DNA from: Octopus sinensis
Taxonomy: Eukaryota
Direction: 5' to 3'
NCBI RefSeq assembly: GCF_006345805.1
Contig: NC_043013.1
Coordinates: forward strand, 58,466,001-58,530,000
DNA length: 64,000 nt
The translations under genes were made by a program, and so were the position numbers. This document shows, piece by piece, positions 12,125 to 25,141 of the stretch. How positions within the stretch are numbered: the stretch's first letter is position 1; each line of letters begins with the position of its first letter. The notes below the pieces were generated by a model. The model was not told the origin of the DNA. It worked only from the letters and a program-made list of their open reading frames with translations, and did no database searches.

Positions 12125-12730
12125 AATATGTCATCAAAGATAAAACGTAATCTCTCTCGAAACACCTATCAAGCAAGGAGGAGGATTTCAGAAAACCGAA
12201 GGCGAAATTCTAAAGGGAGAAGGGGCGTGAGACTCTCTCAGGATCAGCAGAGGCATGCTGCAGCACATTCAGATGGAGTCTCAAGATAGAAAGGAGATAA
12301 GACCTTCTCAAAATGAACAAAGGCAAGCAGCAGCACGTAAAATAGAGTCTCAAGAGAGAAGGGAGATGAGACTTTCCCAAGATCAGCAAAGGTATACTGC
12401 AGCTCATCTGATGAATTCTCAAGGGAGAAGGGAGGTGAGACTTTCTTAAAATCAGCAAAGGGTGATGAGACATTCTCAAGATCAGTAAATACATGCTGCA
12501 GCACGTAATGCTGAATCATTAAAACAACGCCATATTACACAGAGGTCCACTAGAATAGCTTTCAGAAACAGACTACGTACAAACTCGTTCTCCAGAACTC
12601 CTGCAGCTATTTTCAGATACGATCCATCCAATTCTTCTAAAATTCTTTCCAAATTGGTGTGGTAAACTCAAATTGTCGTTTCTGCAAAGCTTCAAAATTT
12701 ACTCCACAAATGTTTTGTCGTCAATACTAC
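12125..12730 (+). mobile_element. Helitron Rep N-terminal remnant with 69-bp coding repeats
   Basis: Repeats of ESQxRREMRLSQDQQRxxAA (units at ~12229, 12299, 12368, 12437), then AIFRYDP...NCRFCKASKFTPQMFC. This resembles the Helitron N-terminal charged repeats and the FxYDP...CxxCxAxKF...MCC motif. Stops and frameshifts are present. Confidence 0.65.
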
Positions 12731-12744
12731 ACTTTCCCGTATCA

Positions 12745-13375
12745 CTTGTTTCAACATAACTGTAATATATATTTTCTGCCATCAGTCATTTTTGGATCGC
12801 TAGTTAGTAAAGGGAGATTTTGCACAATTGTGTTGCATGCCTCATTGTTTCTAGGGTTGTGTGTTGATATATACAGTAGTGTTTTGAGATGAGGTGTGGT
12901 GTTATGCTTTATTGTCCTTAGTGATTTTATGTTTAATTTTCTTGGCACGCTTAATTCCATCGTCTATAAGTGAGGGTGGATATTGACTTTCAGTTAGTGT
13001 TATTTTGGGGTCTTGAAGACGAAGGTCCCGAGTAATTCTATCAGACACTATTGTGCAAATCCTTTTTGCCAAATTAAAGGTGATATTTATTTTGATGTGT
13101 TTCGGGTGGCATGAGCTAAAGAGGTGATATTGTTTCGAGTCGGTTGTTTTACGATAGATGTCAGTTATAATTTGGATGTTGACTTTTTTTATCATGATAA
13201 CCAAAAATGGAAACTGCCCTTTGTTATATTCCGTTATGAATTGAATGTTACTAATGATAAAACTGTCATCCAGGTATCTTTTCCTGCTTTCTCTTATGTA
13301 ATGGTGAAATGGATAACCATATTTTTGTAGCGGCACTTCATATATGGTAAATTCAAAGTAATCCATTATCAGGTT
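12745..13375 (-). mobile_element. Penelope-like element RT C-terminal fragment
   Basis: RYLDD, then TDIYRKTTDSKQYHLFSSCHPKHIKINITFNLAKRICTIVSD...YPPSLIDDGIKRA, then linker YISTHNPRN. These are typical PLE RT/thumb motifs. Confidence 0.88.
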
Positions 13376-13376
13376 C

Positions 13377-13421
<45 letters not shown>

Positions 13422-13539
13422 AACTATGCCATTAGAAACCCGAGGAACACCGGGTATCTCTTCTAGTATATACATAAAGTAGTCAAGTTCCTTCCCGAGT
13501 CATATAAACTCAGAAGGCTGGTTTATCAGTTTCCATGGC

Positions 13540-13732
13540 GTGTATACTCCCCACCTGGATGGGACGCCAGTCCGTCGCAGAATTACTCATTTTTGCTTAC
13601 TGAATAGACTGGTGCAACATGAAATGAAATGTTTTGCTCAAGAGAGCACAACGCATCTCCCGGTCTGGGAATCGAAACCACAATCTTACGATCATGAGTT
13701 CAACACCGTTATCACTAAGCCGCACGCCTCCA
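13540..13732 (-). mobile_element. tRNA-derived SINE with Meta-domain-like body
   Basis: Reverse-strand head (GGTTTCGATTCCCAGACC) plus GTTGTGCTCTCTTGAGCAAAACA.TTC and CTGCGACGGACTGGCGTCCCATCCAGG. Related pieces at 15235-15340, 19865-20235, 47540-47860, 50305-50450, 57730-57875, 63040-63300 and 63540-63660. Confidence 0.7.
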
Positions 13733-15444
13733 CCATATATAGACATACATGCTTACAAATATATATATGTATATGTCGGGACATATATATATATATATAT
13801 TTATGTATGTATATATATTTTTGTTTGTATGTATGTATGTATGTATAGGAATAAACATTTTCGAATATATATATTTACATGTGTATATTTGTATATTTGA
13901 ATAAGCATACACTCTCATATGTATGTATGCATGTATGCGCTTGGGTGTGTGTGTGAATGTGTTTTTATGTATACTTATATATAAAGGACGAAAATGTTAA
14001 TAAATAACAGGTTTTAATTAAAGTGTCAAATGTGACAGCGAGAAAAACACTTTGATTAAGGCTTTATTACAAAGACATAAGTTGATTAATTCATGGTGAT
14101 TTCATCTCCACTTCTTTATATTGGCTTTCTTGTGTTTCTATGTTGAATAATCGACAATGAGAAACCCTGGAAGATAGGGGACAGAATGAAACCCAAGTGA
14201 AAGCAATATTTCCATTGAAATTGATATCGTAATGGCATAAATAATGGCAACTTATATAGAAGACACGAGGTAAGACGTTGTTGCGACTTATTCGAGAGAG
14301 ATCATTAATAATGCAGAGGTATCAATGATTGGAAGATGATACAGCTTATGGAGAAAGGATCTTTTGTTTTTATTCTGTTTAGATAAAAATGCGTGTGTAT
14401 GTAAATATGTCTGTACATGTATGTATTATGTGTGAATGCGATTAGGAAAGAGGCCGTGGAAATGTTAAGACAACAAATCTATGAGGTCATAATGGAGCAC
14501 TCCGTGATTGCTATACACTTCATCTTTTCGCATTGTTAGGTTAAAAAGCTTTTCCATATTTATCCCCAATTTGCTGTTTGACTGAGTTCATCTCTGATCG
14601 ATACTTACAGACAGTTATAAAGAGGCTTCAGTTTATGACCATTCAATCTTGTTTTTACGTCATGGACTTTGTCGGCTATAGCCTTATTAAAGACAGTTCT
14701 TTGTGAATTGATGGGGATTTGACCGATATTTCTAGCAGATAGATCGACCGCATCGAGGCTCCTTCGTTGCTACATTATACTAGAGGCTAACTTTGATTCT
14801 TTCAATGGTATTCTCTTCTAAACAGTTTTCATATGTTATCTTGAATCAGGTCAAGATGGTAGCCTTATTAACTCACGGAAGTCGCGATTGAACAAAGATT
14901 TATAATGCAAAGTGCTTCCATCCGAGGCTATGTTGTCTAATTCGTGTCATACGCATCATCCAATTAGGTTTTTAAGATGAGACATGCTGCTTGAAGGGCA
15001 ATTTGGATGATATGTCTGTCGGAGAAGACCTGTCTGACAGGGGAATGGCACAAGGTATCAGGAGATACCATTAGAAATGGGAAGGGAGACAATTGAATAA
15101 TTAATGATTAAATACAAACAATTTATTTGAAACGAAAAGCTTTTAGTCTGAGAAAATAATTCATACGAAATTCTGATAAGCAAACGACACAAATGGATTG
15201 TATACACACACACACACACATATATATATATGAATCAATGGTTAGAGCGTCATGAGGTAGTGAGTTCAATTCCTGTACCGGGCTGTGCGTTGTGTTCTTG
15301 AGCAAGACACTATATTTTACGGTGCTCCAGTTCACTCATGATTGAAGGTGGTGGGGTTATTTACCCTTTATACATTTGTGTGTGTGTTTTATGGAAATGT
15401 ACATATCGATGGAAAGTGATATATACATATGCGCCTGAGTACAT

Positions 15445-15640
15445 ATATATATGGGGAGAGTTTACGAAAAAACAAAAGACGAAGACAGGTAGTGTACAAA
15501 ACAACCAGATGTATTAGTATAACGCTCAGGAATAGAAAAAGTCTTTTATGTTTCGAGCCTACGCTCTTCTACAGAAAGGGACACAGAAAAAAACAAGGAG
15601 AGAAAAAAATGTGTGTAGTGGCTAACGATCTATCATGGCG
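15445..15640 (-). mobile_element. Penelope pLTR-derived repeat with hammerhead-like motif (copy 2)
   Basis: Reverse complement reads CTTT-CTGTAGA-A-GAGC-GTAG-GCTC-GAAA-CAT-A-AAAG (15541-15578). Confidence 0.7.
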
Positions 15641-15644
15641 ATAT

Positions 15645-15658
15645 ATATATATATATGA

Positions 15659-15692
<34 letters not shown>

Positions 15693-15701
15693 TTATATAT
15701 A

Positions 15702-15752
<51 letters not shown>

Positions 15753-15780
15753 ATATATATGTATATATATAAATATACAG
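15645..15780. repeat. (TA)n microsatellite
   Basis: Directly visible. Confidence 0.95.
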
Positions 15781-16689
15781 ATATAAACATGTTGTCATCA
15801 GGGCAAGATACTCTATTGTTCTTGAACTAATATGAATAAAATGATTTATTTGATATTAATGAGTTTTACTTGAGCTGAGTATCGTTAGAAGTTTGAATAA
15901 GTTCGTTCCTTCCTCATCACTTATCAACAACAAAGTTAACAACGACTGGTTCCACTTATTTTAAATAGGTTCAATGATTCGTGGCAGTTTCATACTGTGA
16001 GTAGTGGGAGCAGTATATCACTCACAAGTGTCTTATTGTTTGCATGTCTGAACGAACTTTACAGTAAGAGATTGAGACTGACAGACAGGTAGATAGATAG
16101 ATAAAGAGAGTGAGAGTCAAGCATCGGCAGAAATACTTATTTGCTAATCAGAATGCAATTGTCTAAGTCCGGCAAAATGACAGCCGAATAAGTTTCAACT
16201 CTGTATACTGTAAGTTCATTCCTGCCGAAGTTTCCTTACTTCTCTTTTGGCAGTCGGTAAAATATAATAACGGCCATGTACAGGGATCAATTAATTCAAA
16301 TACCTGCCGGCAGCCACGCCTCAACAACACTAACTGTGTGGCCAGAGACCTATTTTAGAAATTACAGCATCAAGCGGTGAATAAGTAAAGCGTTGAAGAG
16401 CCTCTTGCTGCTGTTTATTGGTATCTGTACGTTCTGACTTCAAATGAGGCCGAGGTCAACTTTCATCGAAAAATAAAAACCACTCTACTGTCGTGGAGTG
16501 GCGAAACTAATTAAACCATTGGATGTAATACCTTGTGTTATTTATTCTGCCTCTCTGCATTCTGACAGCACAGACTTTGAAAGAATAAACTCTGAGTCTC
16601 ACGGTATAAACAGAGTCACTGGATCAAAGCGAACTCTTCAGATGTTGTGTTTAGGAGTATTCTTTTCTACTCTAGAAACAATGCCCGAA

Positions 16690-17200
16690 ATGTTGGAGGA
16701 GGGGGCCAATCGATTAGATCGATCCCAGTACGCAACTGCTACTTAATTTATCGACCCCGGAAGAATGAAAGGCAAAGTCGACCTTAAGGCGACGAGCTGG
16801 CAGAATCGTTAGCAGGCCGGGCGAAATGCTGAGCGGTATTTCGTCTGTCTTTACATTCTGAATTCAAATTCCACTGAGGTCGACTTTGCCTTTCATCCTT
16901 TCGGGGTCGATAAATTAAGTACCAGTTACGCACTGGGGTCGATGTAATCGACTTAATACCTATGTCTGTCCTTGTTTGTCCCCTCTGTGTTTAGCCCCTT
17001 GTGTGTAATAAAGAAATAGGTATTTGAACTCAGAACATAAAGACAGACGTAATATCGCTAAGCATTTCGCTCGGCGTGCTAACGTTTCTACCAGCTCACA
17101 GCTTTCTGTGTCTTTGGATTATTGCTTCTTAACTGGTCACTCTGAGTTCAAATGCCACCGAGGTTAGCTTTTCTTTTTATCTTTTCTATATCTATAAAAT
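16690..17200 (+). mobile_element. SINE family 1 full copy (16787-17018) flanked by inverted partial copies
   Basis: AAGGCGACGAGCTGGCAGAATCGTTAGC...AATAAAGAAATA; reverse-strand fragments at ~16690-16786 and ~17020-17100. Confidence 0.85.
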
Positions 17201-17241
17201 ACCCCTCTAGTATTAGAATCGATACTCCTTCCTCTCTGCCA

Positions 17242-17285
<44 letters not shown>

Positions 17286-17569
17286 CTGTAATTTAGTGAT
17301 CCAGTCTAGTCGCGTTATGTCGTGATTCATTGTATGTATTAGAGTAAAACTGTAGTTGTCTGCGGAATATTCAACCACTAACATAGTAATTTCACTTGCA
17401 GTAAGTCCCTTTGTCAAACTGCTGAATGTTCATTGTCGCAACTGACGGAGAACCATCAACTATACATCAGAATACATAAATAATCGACAGTTAAATATTT
17501 ACAGAAATTGTTATAACAGATGTGAAATGGTTTTGTAAATTAAATTATTCTTATTTATTCATTTATTTG

Positions 17570-18110
17570 CTTGTTTGTTTATTATTGCCGGTTCTATAAT
17601 TGTCTCTTCTACAAGAATGCGAATGGCTGAGGGCACCGAGATATTCGATTGCAAATAAATGTAAACAGTATTACAGAAATCCAATCAACTCTGAAATAAA
17701 TGAACGAAAACCACACTTATCTTTCATGTCGACATCTCTGTAGTAATGCTACTGTTGTTGTAGTTGAGAAATTAACCAGGTCAGGCTTGGTCAAGCTAAC
17801 GCATTCTCACGATGGCCATCCTGTATTTTTCTTCTGTACTGGCTCGACATGCCACAGCTTATGTGTCAAATACACATTTGATGTTGCTGTTGATGAGGCG
17901 ACCGTGTGAGTAGTGGCATGTAATCCACAGATCTAGCAACTGAGCTGATATATCTGGAGATTATATGCGACCACTGATATTCTCTTTTATGCAATAACAA
18001 TTACAATTTCCGTCCCGAACAGCAGTGACAAGATCTCGGTATCAACTCCATGTTTGATAAACTAGGCACTGCTAACACTTCAACTGACCATGATATATAT
18101 TTAGTCGATA
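17570..18110 (+). pseudogene. Possible decayed Cys-loop receptor relic
   Basis: ORF 17700-17909 reads ...SNATV...VKLTHSHDG...GSTCHSLCVKYTFD. The C-to-(Y)xFD spacing is exactly that of the Cys-loop C-x6-[FY]-P-F-D. Downstream ISVPNSSDKIS resembles the TM2-3 region but lies too close, so it would need a large deletion. Confidence 0.3.
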
Positions 18111-18572
18111 ATCCGGTTGATTATGAATTTTCAACGGAGATAATTTTCTAGATTTGTAGCATAATGGTATTTGGATAAAGTGGGAGTTACTATCTGGTCA
18201 TTCTATCTGCAAGAAATAACAGCCAAATATTTCTGATATCCATCCCTCAGGTCTCAAACGAAAGAATTATTTTATAATACGAACATACATTCCGTGTACA
18301 AAGATAAACAAAAGAATAGATGGCCATGGCTAGAATCAGTCTGGTAAGAGGAGAGTGAAACTCGATCTTGAAACATCGGGAGTTAAACAATCACATCACC
18401 GGCCAAAAAAAATAAAAACAGCGAAAGCTAGATCAATTACAATTACAGGTGGTGTGATATGAAAATTAACGACGTTTCCTGAGGAAGATTTTTTATTTTC
18501 CTTCAGTCTCATTCCTTCAACATTTGTAGTTGGTTGTCTCAGAAAGGGTTTACTAAAAGACATCGAAGTGGT

Positions 18573-18642
18573 TTCTTCTTCTTCTTCTTCTTCTTCTTCT
18601 TCTTCTTCTTCTTCTTCTTCTTCTTCTTCTTCCTCCTCCTCC
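18573..18642. repeat. (TTC)n/(TCC)n microsatellite
   Basis: Directly visible. Confidence 0.95.
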
Positions 18643-20731
18643 AGAGTACAAAGCCACTGCTTATGTTTATCCATTTTAAATAAAATAGCATACTTCAAAC
18701 AAATTCAAAGCAACAAAATCGACTTAGGTTTGCCAGTACCAAGAACATGGGCAATAAACACACGCAGTTTCACCCGAGTTTCTCGTTTGTTGGTGTCAAA
18801 GTGTGAAAGCTGCTGTACGATGGCGTCTGGTGGAGATACGTAGCCGAGGTCTACGGTTGTCCTCTTGCCACCAGACAGCTTTTCCTTTGCCTTAATGGCC
18901 GCCTGTCAGTTTGGGAGAAATTCTTGAGTCTTGAGATTACGTCCGCTTCTCGTTGGAGTTTGTCATAATTGCCACTTAGTATTTGTTTGTTCTTCTATTA
19001 AAGGGGAGATAATTTTAATAGATCCAGTATTTATTTGTATGATATTTGATACGCTTTTATTTGACTTTGCTGTCCATAGCCATGCCAGTAGCTCATTTAC
19101 ATAATACAGACATATGCACAGACACGTATATGTTGCATCCCAATAATACACACACACATACATACAAACAGACACACACACGTATGTGCGTATGTGTAGA
19201 ATATTTGCAAGATTTGAAATGCCGCAGTATCCAGAAACTAAATCTATCTCTCTGATCTTGATGTTGTTGCCTAATACACTTTACATTAGTTTATCTTTTG
19301 CTTTGAAGGTAGGATTTTCTCAAACTATGCAATTATTCATTTATTTCGACTTTGTGGGAGAACGAAAAAACAAAAAGAATAAGAACAAAAACATCTAAAA
19401 TGCTACACTTAATCAATTATTGTTTGTCTGTTCTATTATTGCCTCAAACCTGTGTTTGTGTCGCTTATAACAACATATAAAACTTGTACGGCATGGGATA
19501 CAGATCTATTTTGGCTCCAGCATGTGATAACAGCAAATACAAACGTAACCGCTGCAACAACTATGATATCACCACGCGTGATATAAACACAGTTATGAAC
19601 CACAATTTGTTTTAGGTCTTTTCTATCATTCCTTCAAAAGCAACCAACGTAAATGTTAACACCGATCAAGACAGACAGACAGATAGCGAGAGAAAAAAAA
19701 ATGATAATTTCCTGTTTACAAAGCACATTTTGTGCCAGTTCAAAACCATCTGTAAAACTGTGGACTCATCTGATAATACAAGTCTACCGCTGTTGATATT
19801 TCATACTTTCTCAGGCGGTCTTGTCTAAGTGTGAGTTTGTTAATAGTGACGGCGCGTCTTTTAGTGATTAGGGTATTCGGCTTACAGTTGTAAGGATGTG
19901 AGTTCGACTCCCAGAGGCGCATTGTGTCCTTGAACAAAACACTTTGGACTAGAATGGAGCGGCAATCCCAGAGTCAAGTACATTGCGTGACATGCGGACT
20001 GATATGAGCAACAGCTCTTCGTTTCATGTACATACCACTAAGGTGGTAGAATGTGCTCTAGTCCACTCAGTGGAAAAAATGAGTTGTCACAATTTGTGCC
20101 ATGTCAAATCTCTTTGAGAACTATGTTAAGGGTACGTGTGTTTCTGGAATGCTCAGGCACTTACACCTCACGAGAAACCTGTTACATTGAATGGATCAAC
20201 AGGAAAACTCGTCGCCGTAACCGATGGAGTAACAGTTGTCAGCATAAAAAAATAAAGTTTATAAAAACTGACCGAGTCAGGTTATCAACTGGCGGAATTA
20301 TGAGGAGCGTCTGACGTAATTCTTTGCAAGATTTTCCCAGTCCTTTCCTTCTAACTTCAGACCCCACCAGTATCAAAGTTTTCTTGAGATCGATAACGTA
20401 AAGCTTCACTCAATATCAAGCGTAAAACTTATACCGAATAAATTTACTTCTGAATTATGCGCGGCTGCAACTGTTTTTGATTAAACCAAGGTCAACTCCA
20501 ATCGTGAAAATCTATGATCGAGTGCATTTCGAAATTAGCACCCGGTTCTACTCCACAGGCACAATACATGAAAGACTACACTGCTTCAGTATAACACCTT
20601 GTGTGAGACGACTAGGGACTAAGGACTTTGTAGCAGTCAACATGATATCCATCCATCCTTCTCTCACACAACCAACCCCACTCCACTTAGATATTGAAAA
20701 GAAGCGTGTTTCTTTAATATTCTCTTTATAT

Positions 20732-20945
20732 AAGGCAGCGAACTGGAAGAATCGTTAGCACGCCAGACAAAATGCCACAAAGCATTTTGTCTTTACGTTC
20801 TGAGTTCAAATTCTGCCGCGGTCGATCTTGCCGTTCATCCTTCCGGTAACGATAGAGTAAGTATCAGTCCAGTACTGTGGTCGATGTAATCGAATTACCC
20901 CTTACCCCGAAATTACTGGACTTGTGTGCCGAAATTTGAAACCCA
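20732..20945 (+). mobile_element. SINE family 1 copy
   Basis: AAGGCAGCGAACTGGAAGAATCGTTAGCACGCC...TTCTGAGTTCAAATTCTGCC...GGTCGATGTAATCG. Confidence 0.8.
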
Positions 20946-21029
20946 TATATCAATGACTAAAACCTGTTGGGTAGAATATCAATTGATCGAGCGACAGAAT
21001 TGTTTCTATCTTACAAACAACTTCTTATA

Positions 21030-21870
21030 CAATCTGTTCAGTTGTACCAAGGTTTGAAACAAATGTTCATATACTTAAAGAATGATGGACGGCGAAATCG
21101 TTGAAATATGAAACAAAATGGCGAGCGATAATCCGTCAGAGATATTTACATTGCGAGTTTTTCATCCACCCAGGTACATATTCAAAATGTACCAAATAAA
21201 TATTAGAGTTCATATAATAACTTGCAGCCTTTTCACTCCGAATGTCTGAGGCTTTCTGTCAATATTCGACATTTGTTTTGATTGGTTTACTACGGAAATT
21301 TTTATTCACCCAGAAACTAATAACTTCACCCACGAATTCCCATGACAATGCGAAAAGTTCTCTTCCTTCATATTGGATTTCCAATTGACACAAAGAATCT
21401 GTTCTGGGGGATTTACTAATGTCTTTGGAAGGGTTTAATACATCACATTTGATTTTGACCAAATGCTTCAGAAATACTCGAACAGAAAATAAATTTTAAA
21501 ATGTCATTTGCGAGATAAATCAAATTAATTTCCCAATCAAATATTCAATTAAATCCAAACTGAATTATCGAATTTTATGAAAATATAATTTATAACGGAT
21601 GCGTTTTTAATTAACAATTTATCATTTTCATAGAATGAAATACAAATCACTTCATATGAATTGCCGAATACCATCTTCGTTACTTTTCGATTGTCGGATA
21701 TTTCGATGATACATAACAGTGACTGCTCATAATTTATCAACACGTTCTTAACATTGCTCTATGAATTTTCCTAAGTCACAGAGATATTTCGAGTCAATTT
21801 ACGTCTGTCCTTTACTGATGCTGAAGGCCATAGAGTACCTAATGTCCAGGAAAATAAGCGATGATTCATA
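21030..21870 (-). pseudogene. Decayed, apparently intronless nAChR-like (Cys-loop) receptor
   Basis: In order: NVLINYEQSLLCIIEISD (cf. SLLQIIDVD), INYIFIKFDNSVWI, KIKC..DISKSP..D..CQLEI, QYEGREL, ISFWVNKNF, PIKTNVEY, SYYM, YVP/DEKLAM*ISL, LSLAILFHISTISPS. The VW-to-Cys (~165 nt) and EK-to-Pro (~71 nt) spacings fit nAChR. Multiple stops and frameshifts; eye alignment only. Confidence 0.45.
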
Positions 21871-22499
21871 GCTTAGCTTTCCCTCTTTATTTATAACCTA
21901 AGTTTAAACTTTAGCTAGTGCGAATTGCGTATCTCTAAATACGTATTTTCATCAGTATAATTTGTGTACTCTATGGATATCTATTTCGATTCTTTCATTT
22001 ATGCTGTCGATTTGAATTAAAAATCAGTTGTACTCTTTAAAAAATATAACAACCAGCACCAGCTATGATAATACTATTTTACTTGAAAATGAAACTATTG
22101 TTATCAGTGTATCTGCAGACACATTGTAAAGTTTGAATAATCCAATTCCGAACACAGGAATAAGGGAATAGAAACCTCTAAATATCTCCGTTACAGTCTC
22201 CAAACTTATCTCTCGGATTCGTTTAAAGTCTTAAATATAACAATTCCATCTAACGAATCATTAACACCCTCACTTGTACATTTTAATTAAAATATTAATG
22301 GAATAGATTTATGATGTGTGCGTGTGTGTGTGTGCGTGTGTGTGTGTGTGTGTGTAACCACAGAGTAATGAGAATTTTTGCTTCGTAAGGATGAGTTCAA
22401 GAGTTCCATTCAACAGAGCAAGTGTCTTTTACGACGAGATTGACTTGGCCAAATTATTTTGAATGGAATTGGATTGAAGGAAAGTGATTGGAAGTCATT

Positions 22500-23045
22500 C
22501 CGTGCCATTAAATTAAAGATTCAGCTTCGATATGATTTGAACTTAAGTCGCAGTATACACACACACGCGCGCATATATATATATTTCTGATATATTGCTG
22601 TGGTATAGGTTTATCTGTGACCTTCGATCGTATGAGGTGAAGTCGTGTTTTGAAAACGTGTACCTTCACTCCATGAAGGTTCCTCAGATGTGAGCTTTTA
22701 AATTGCAAGTTGTTGCAGCAAATGGTCGTCAATCTAGACGGGATACCTGGGACAATTGGAACAGTCCAGTGACATCCTGTCCATAGGCTGGTATAGCTCC
22801 TGGTGCTAAAGCTTGGGGCCAGCCCCAGGATCTTCCATATGTATATCACAACATATCTCTCCCACCTTCGCTCCAGAGAGTAGAGTCGTAGCTCTTTTAC
22901 TTTTTCTCAATAGCTCAGCTGTTTCATATAGATGCCATAAAACTGCCTCAAGTTCCGCTATCAATTTGACACTGTGGGGTGACCAAAGTTCAGAGCAGCA
23001 ATCTAGAAAGCTGAGTAGAAATGTCCTCCATAGAAACAACGCAGT
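22500..23045 (-). mobile_element. Degenerate CR1-group LINE 3' fragment
   Basis: LDCCSELWSPHSVKLIAELEAV and IYIWKILGLAPSF...TGCHWTVP...LRNLHGVKVHVFKTRL, homologous to 5566-5997. Confidence 0.8.
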
Positions 23046-23084
23046 TTCCTTGTACTCTGACCCGTTGGGAAAGCTGTCGTTACT

Positions 23085-23545
23085 CTATCCAGATTACAAG
23101 TGCAGGTTTATAACTGCAATTATTGGAGCACTGGGATATGTAACACACTTCCTAAATACCAATTTTGAGAAATTAGACTCCTCAAAGCCAGAAAGGAGAA
23201 AGCTGATTCGAAGACTACAGATCCAATCCATCACTGGAACTGTAAAAATCTGTAAAACTTTTCAGATGTTTAGAATTCAAGTATATATGAACATTTTTAG
23301 ATATACAAATATATGTATGAGAAGACATATATAAAACAAAACATATAAATCTGCGCGTATATATACATACATACTTGCTTATATGCATACATACATACAT
23401 ACATACGTACATACATACATACAAAAATACTCTGTTGACGTTGTTGAAATTCCAATGAAGGAGCTTTGGATCTAGATTAGAAGTCGTTTTTTTCTCTTTT
23501 GACAAGAAATCTTGAAATAAAACTGAATAATGTTATACATATAAA
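23085..23545 (+). mobile_element. 3' end of an RLE-type non-LTR element (family G, copy 1)
   Basis: IIGALGYVTHFLNTN...KLIRRLQIQSITGTVKICKTF plus a 3' UTR ending AAGAAATCTTGAAATAAAACTGAA; second copy at 49140-49735. Confidence 0.75.
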
Positions 23546-24183
23546 ACTAGACGGTTTTGTCCCGTACATGTCCCGTACATGTCCCCTACACGTTAATAAT
23601 ATATACACAATGATGTTTAAGTGTTACTTTAATTATAATGAATCTACCCTTTACCTACTGAGTCACTTAGAGCCTAGCTAGTTTTCAATTGTTGACAAAA
23701 TTCAGTAGTGACAGCTTCAGATGAGAATCTATAAACTTTATGACTCTGTTTATTGTTGTTGTTGTTGTTGTTGTTGTTAAACCTCACTCTAACCACTGGA
23801 TCAGCCATGATTGATCAGAACTATAACAGCAAAATTCCAGTCGGAGCCACCCTGCTTTTGTTTGAGACACTATTCACCATTTAGATTTCCATGTGTGAAC
23901 CTGTGTATGTGTGCTCCTGTATTTGCGCGTGTGTGTGAAAGTCTTAAAAATACTTAATACAGTTTTTAAGTACAAAGGATATTTTTTTTAAATATTATAT
24001 TTAAGAAGAGTTATAAAATCTTTTAACCTTCTTGGAAGAATGTTTATCCTAGTATGCGCGAGCGCTTTCGATTAATCTTTTGAAACATACGTGCTCTTGG
24101 ATATACTATGTATGTATGTATGTATGTTTGTATGTATGTATGTATGCATCTATCTATCTACCTATACATACATACATATATAC

Positions 24184-24595
24184 AGGAGTGGCTGTGTGGT
24201 TAGTAGCTTGTTTACCAACCACATGGTTCCGGGTTCAGTCCCACTGCGTGGCACCTTGGGCAAGTGTCTTCTACTATAGCCTCGGGCCGACTAAAGCCTT
24301 GTGAGTGGATTTGGTAGACGGAAACTGAAAGAAGCCCGTCGTATACATGTATATATATATATATACGTGTGTGTGTTTGTCTATCTGTGTTTGTCCCCCG
24401 AGCATTGCTTGACAACTGATACTGGTGTGTTTATGTCCCCGTTACTTAGCGGTTCGGCAAAGGAGACCGATAGAATAAGTACTGGGCTTATAAAAGAATA
24501 AGTCCCGGGGTCGAGTTGCTCGATTAAAAGGCGGTACTCCAGCATGGCCGCAGTCAAATGACTGAAACAAGTAAAAGAGTAAAGAGTAAAAGAGT
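24184..24595 (+). mobile_element. tRNA-derived SINE (family 3) with internal microsatellite and LINE-like tail
   Basis: Head GGAGTGGCTGTGTGG...GGGTTCAGTCCCACTGCGTGGCACCTTGGGCAAGTGTC; tail GGCGGTACTCCAGCATGGCCGCAGTC..TGACTGAAACAAG(TAAAAGAG)n; reverse copy at 46560-46985. Confidence 0.85.
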
Positions 24596-25110
24596 ATATA
24601 TATATAATTATAATAATAAGGGTTTTTTGCAACGAGTTGCTTAAACCACATACCGAAAATATTTGAAATAGCAGCCAAAAAACTAATATATATATATATA
24701 TATAGTCCAATGTGTTATTCTTATACTAAAATCGCAATGGTGGGAATTGAGGAAGATTTTGTGGGTATATCTAGCATTCCACGTGACCACAAAAAGACTG
24801 TCTAATCACACACATTCCAAAATCACAATCAGATGTGATTTAGTGAAAAAAAACAAAGTAAATCGAAATTACTCAATATTAGGAATTTATTGGTTAGAAG
24901 TATAATACTTGGAGGTTTGTAGTAGTTAAAAACATTGGCCAGGAATCTCGATCAGCAATGCGGAGCACATGAAACTGTTGTACGTCATACTAACTGGTGC
25001 CAAGCATTCATATTTCTTCAAGTTTATTTGATTTCTAAACAAGAAAAAAAAAGGTAATAAGCGGAACATAAGGAAACGATTCTTTAATATGCACATGTAT
25101 ACACACAAAC

Positions 25111-25141
<31 letters not shown>

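Noticed and set aside
14256-14290. Start exon ATGGCAACTTATATAGAAGACACGAG|GTAAGA
   Set aside because: A single donor with a 9-codon frame and no partner exon; expected by chance.
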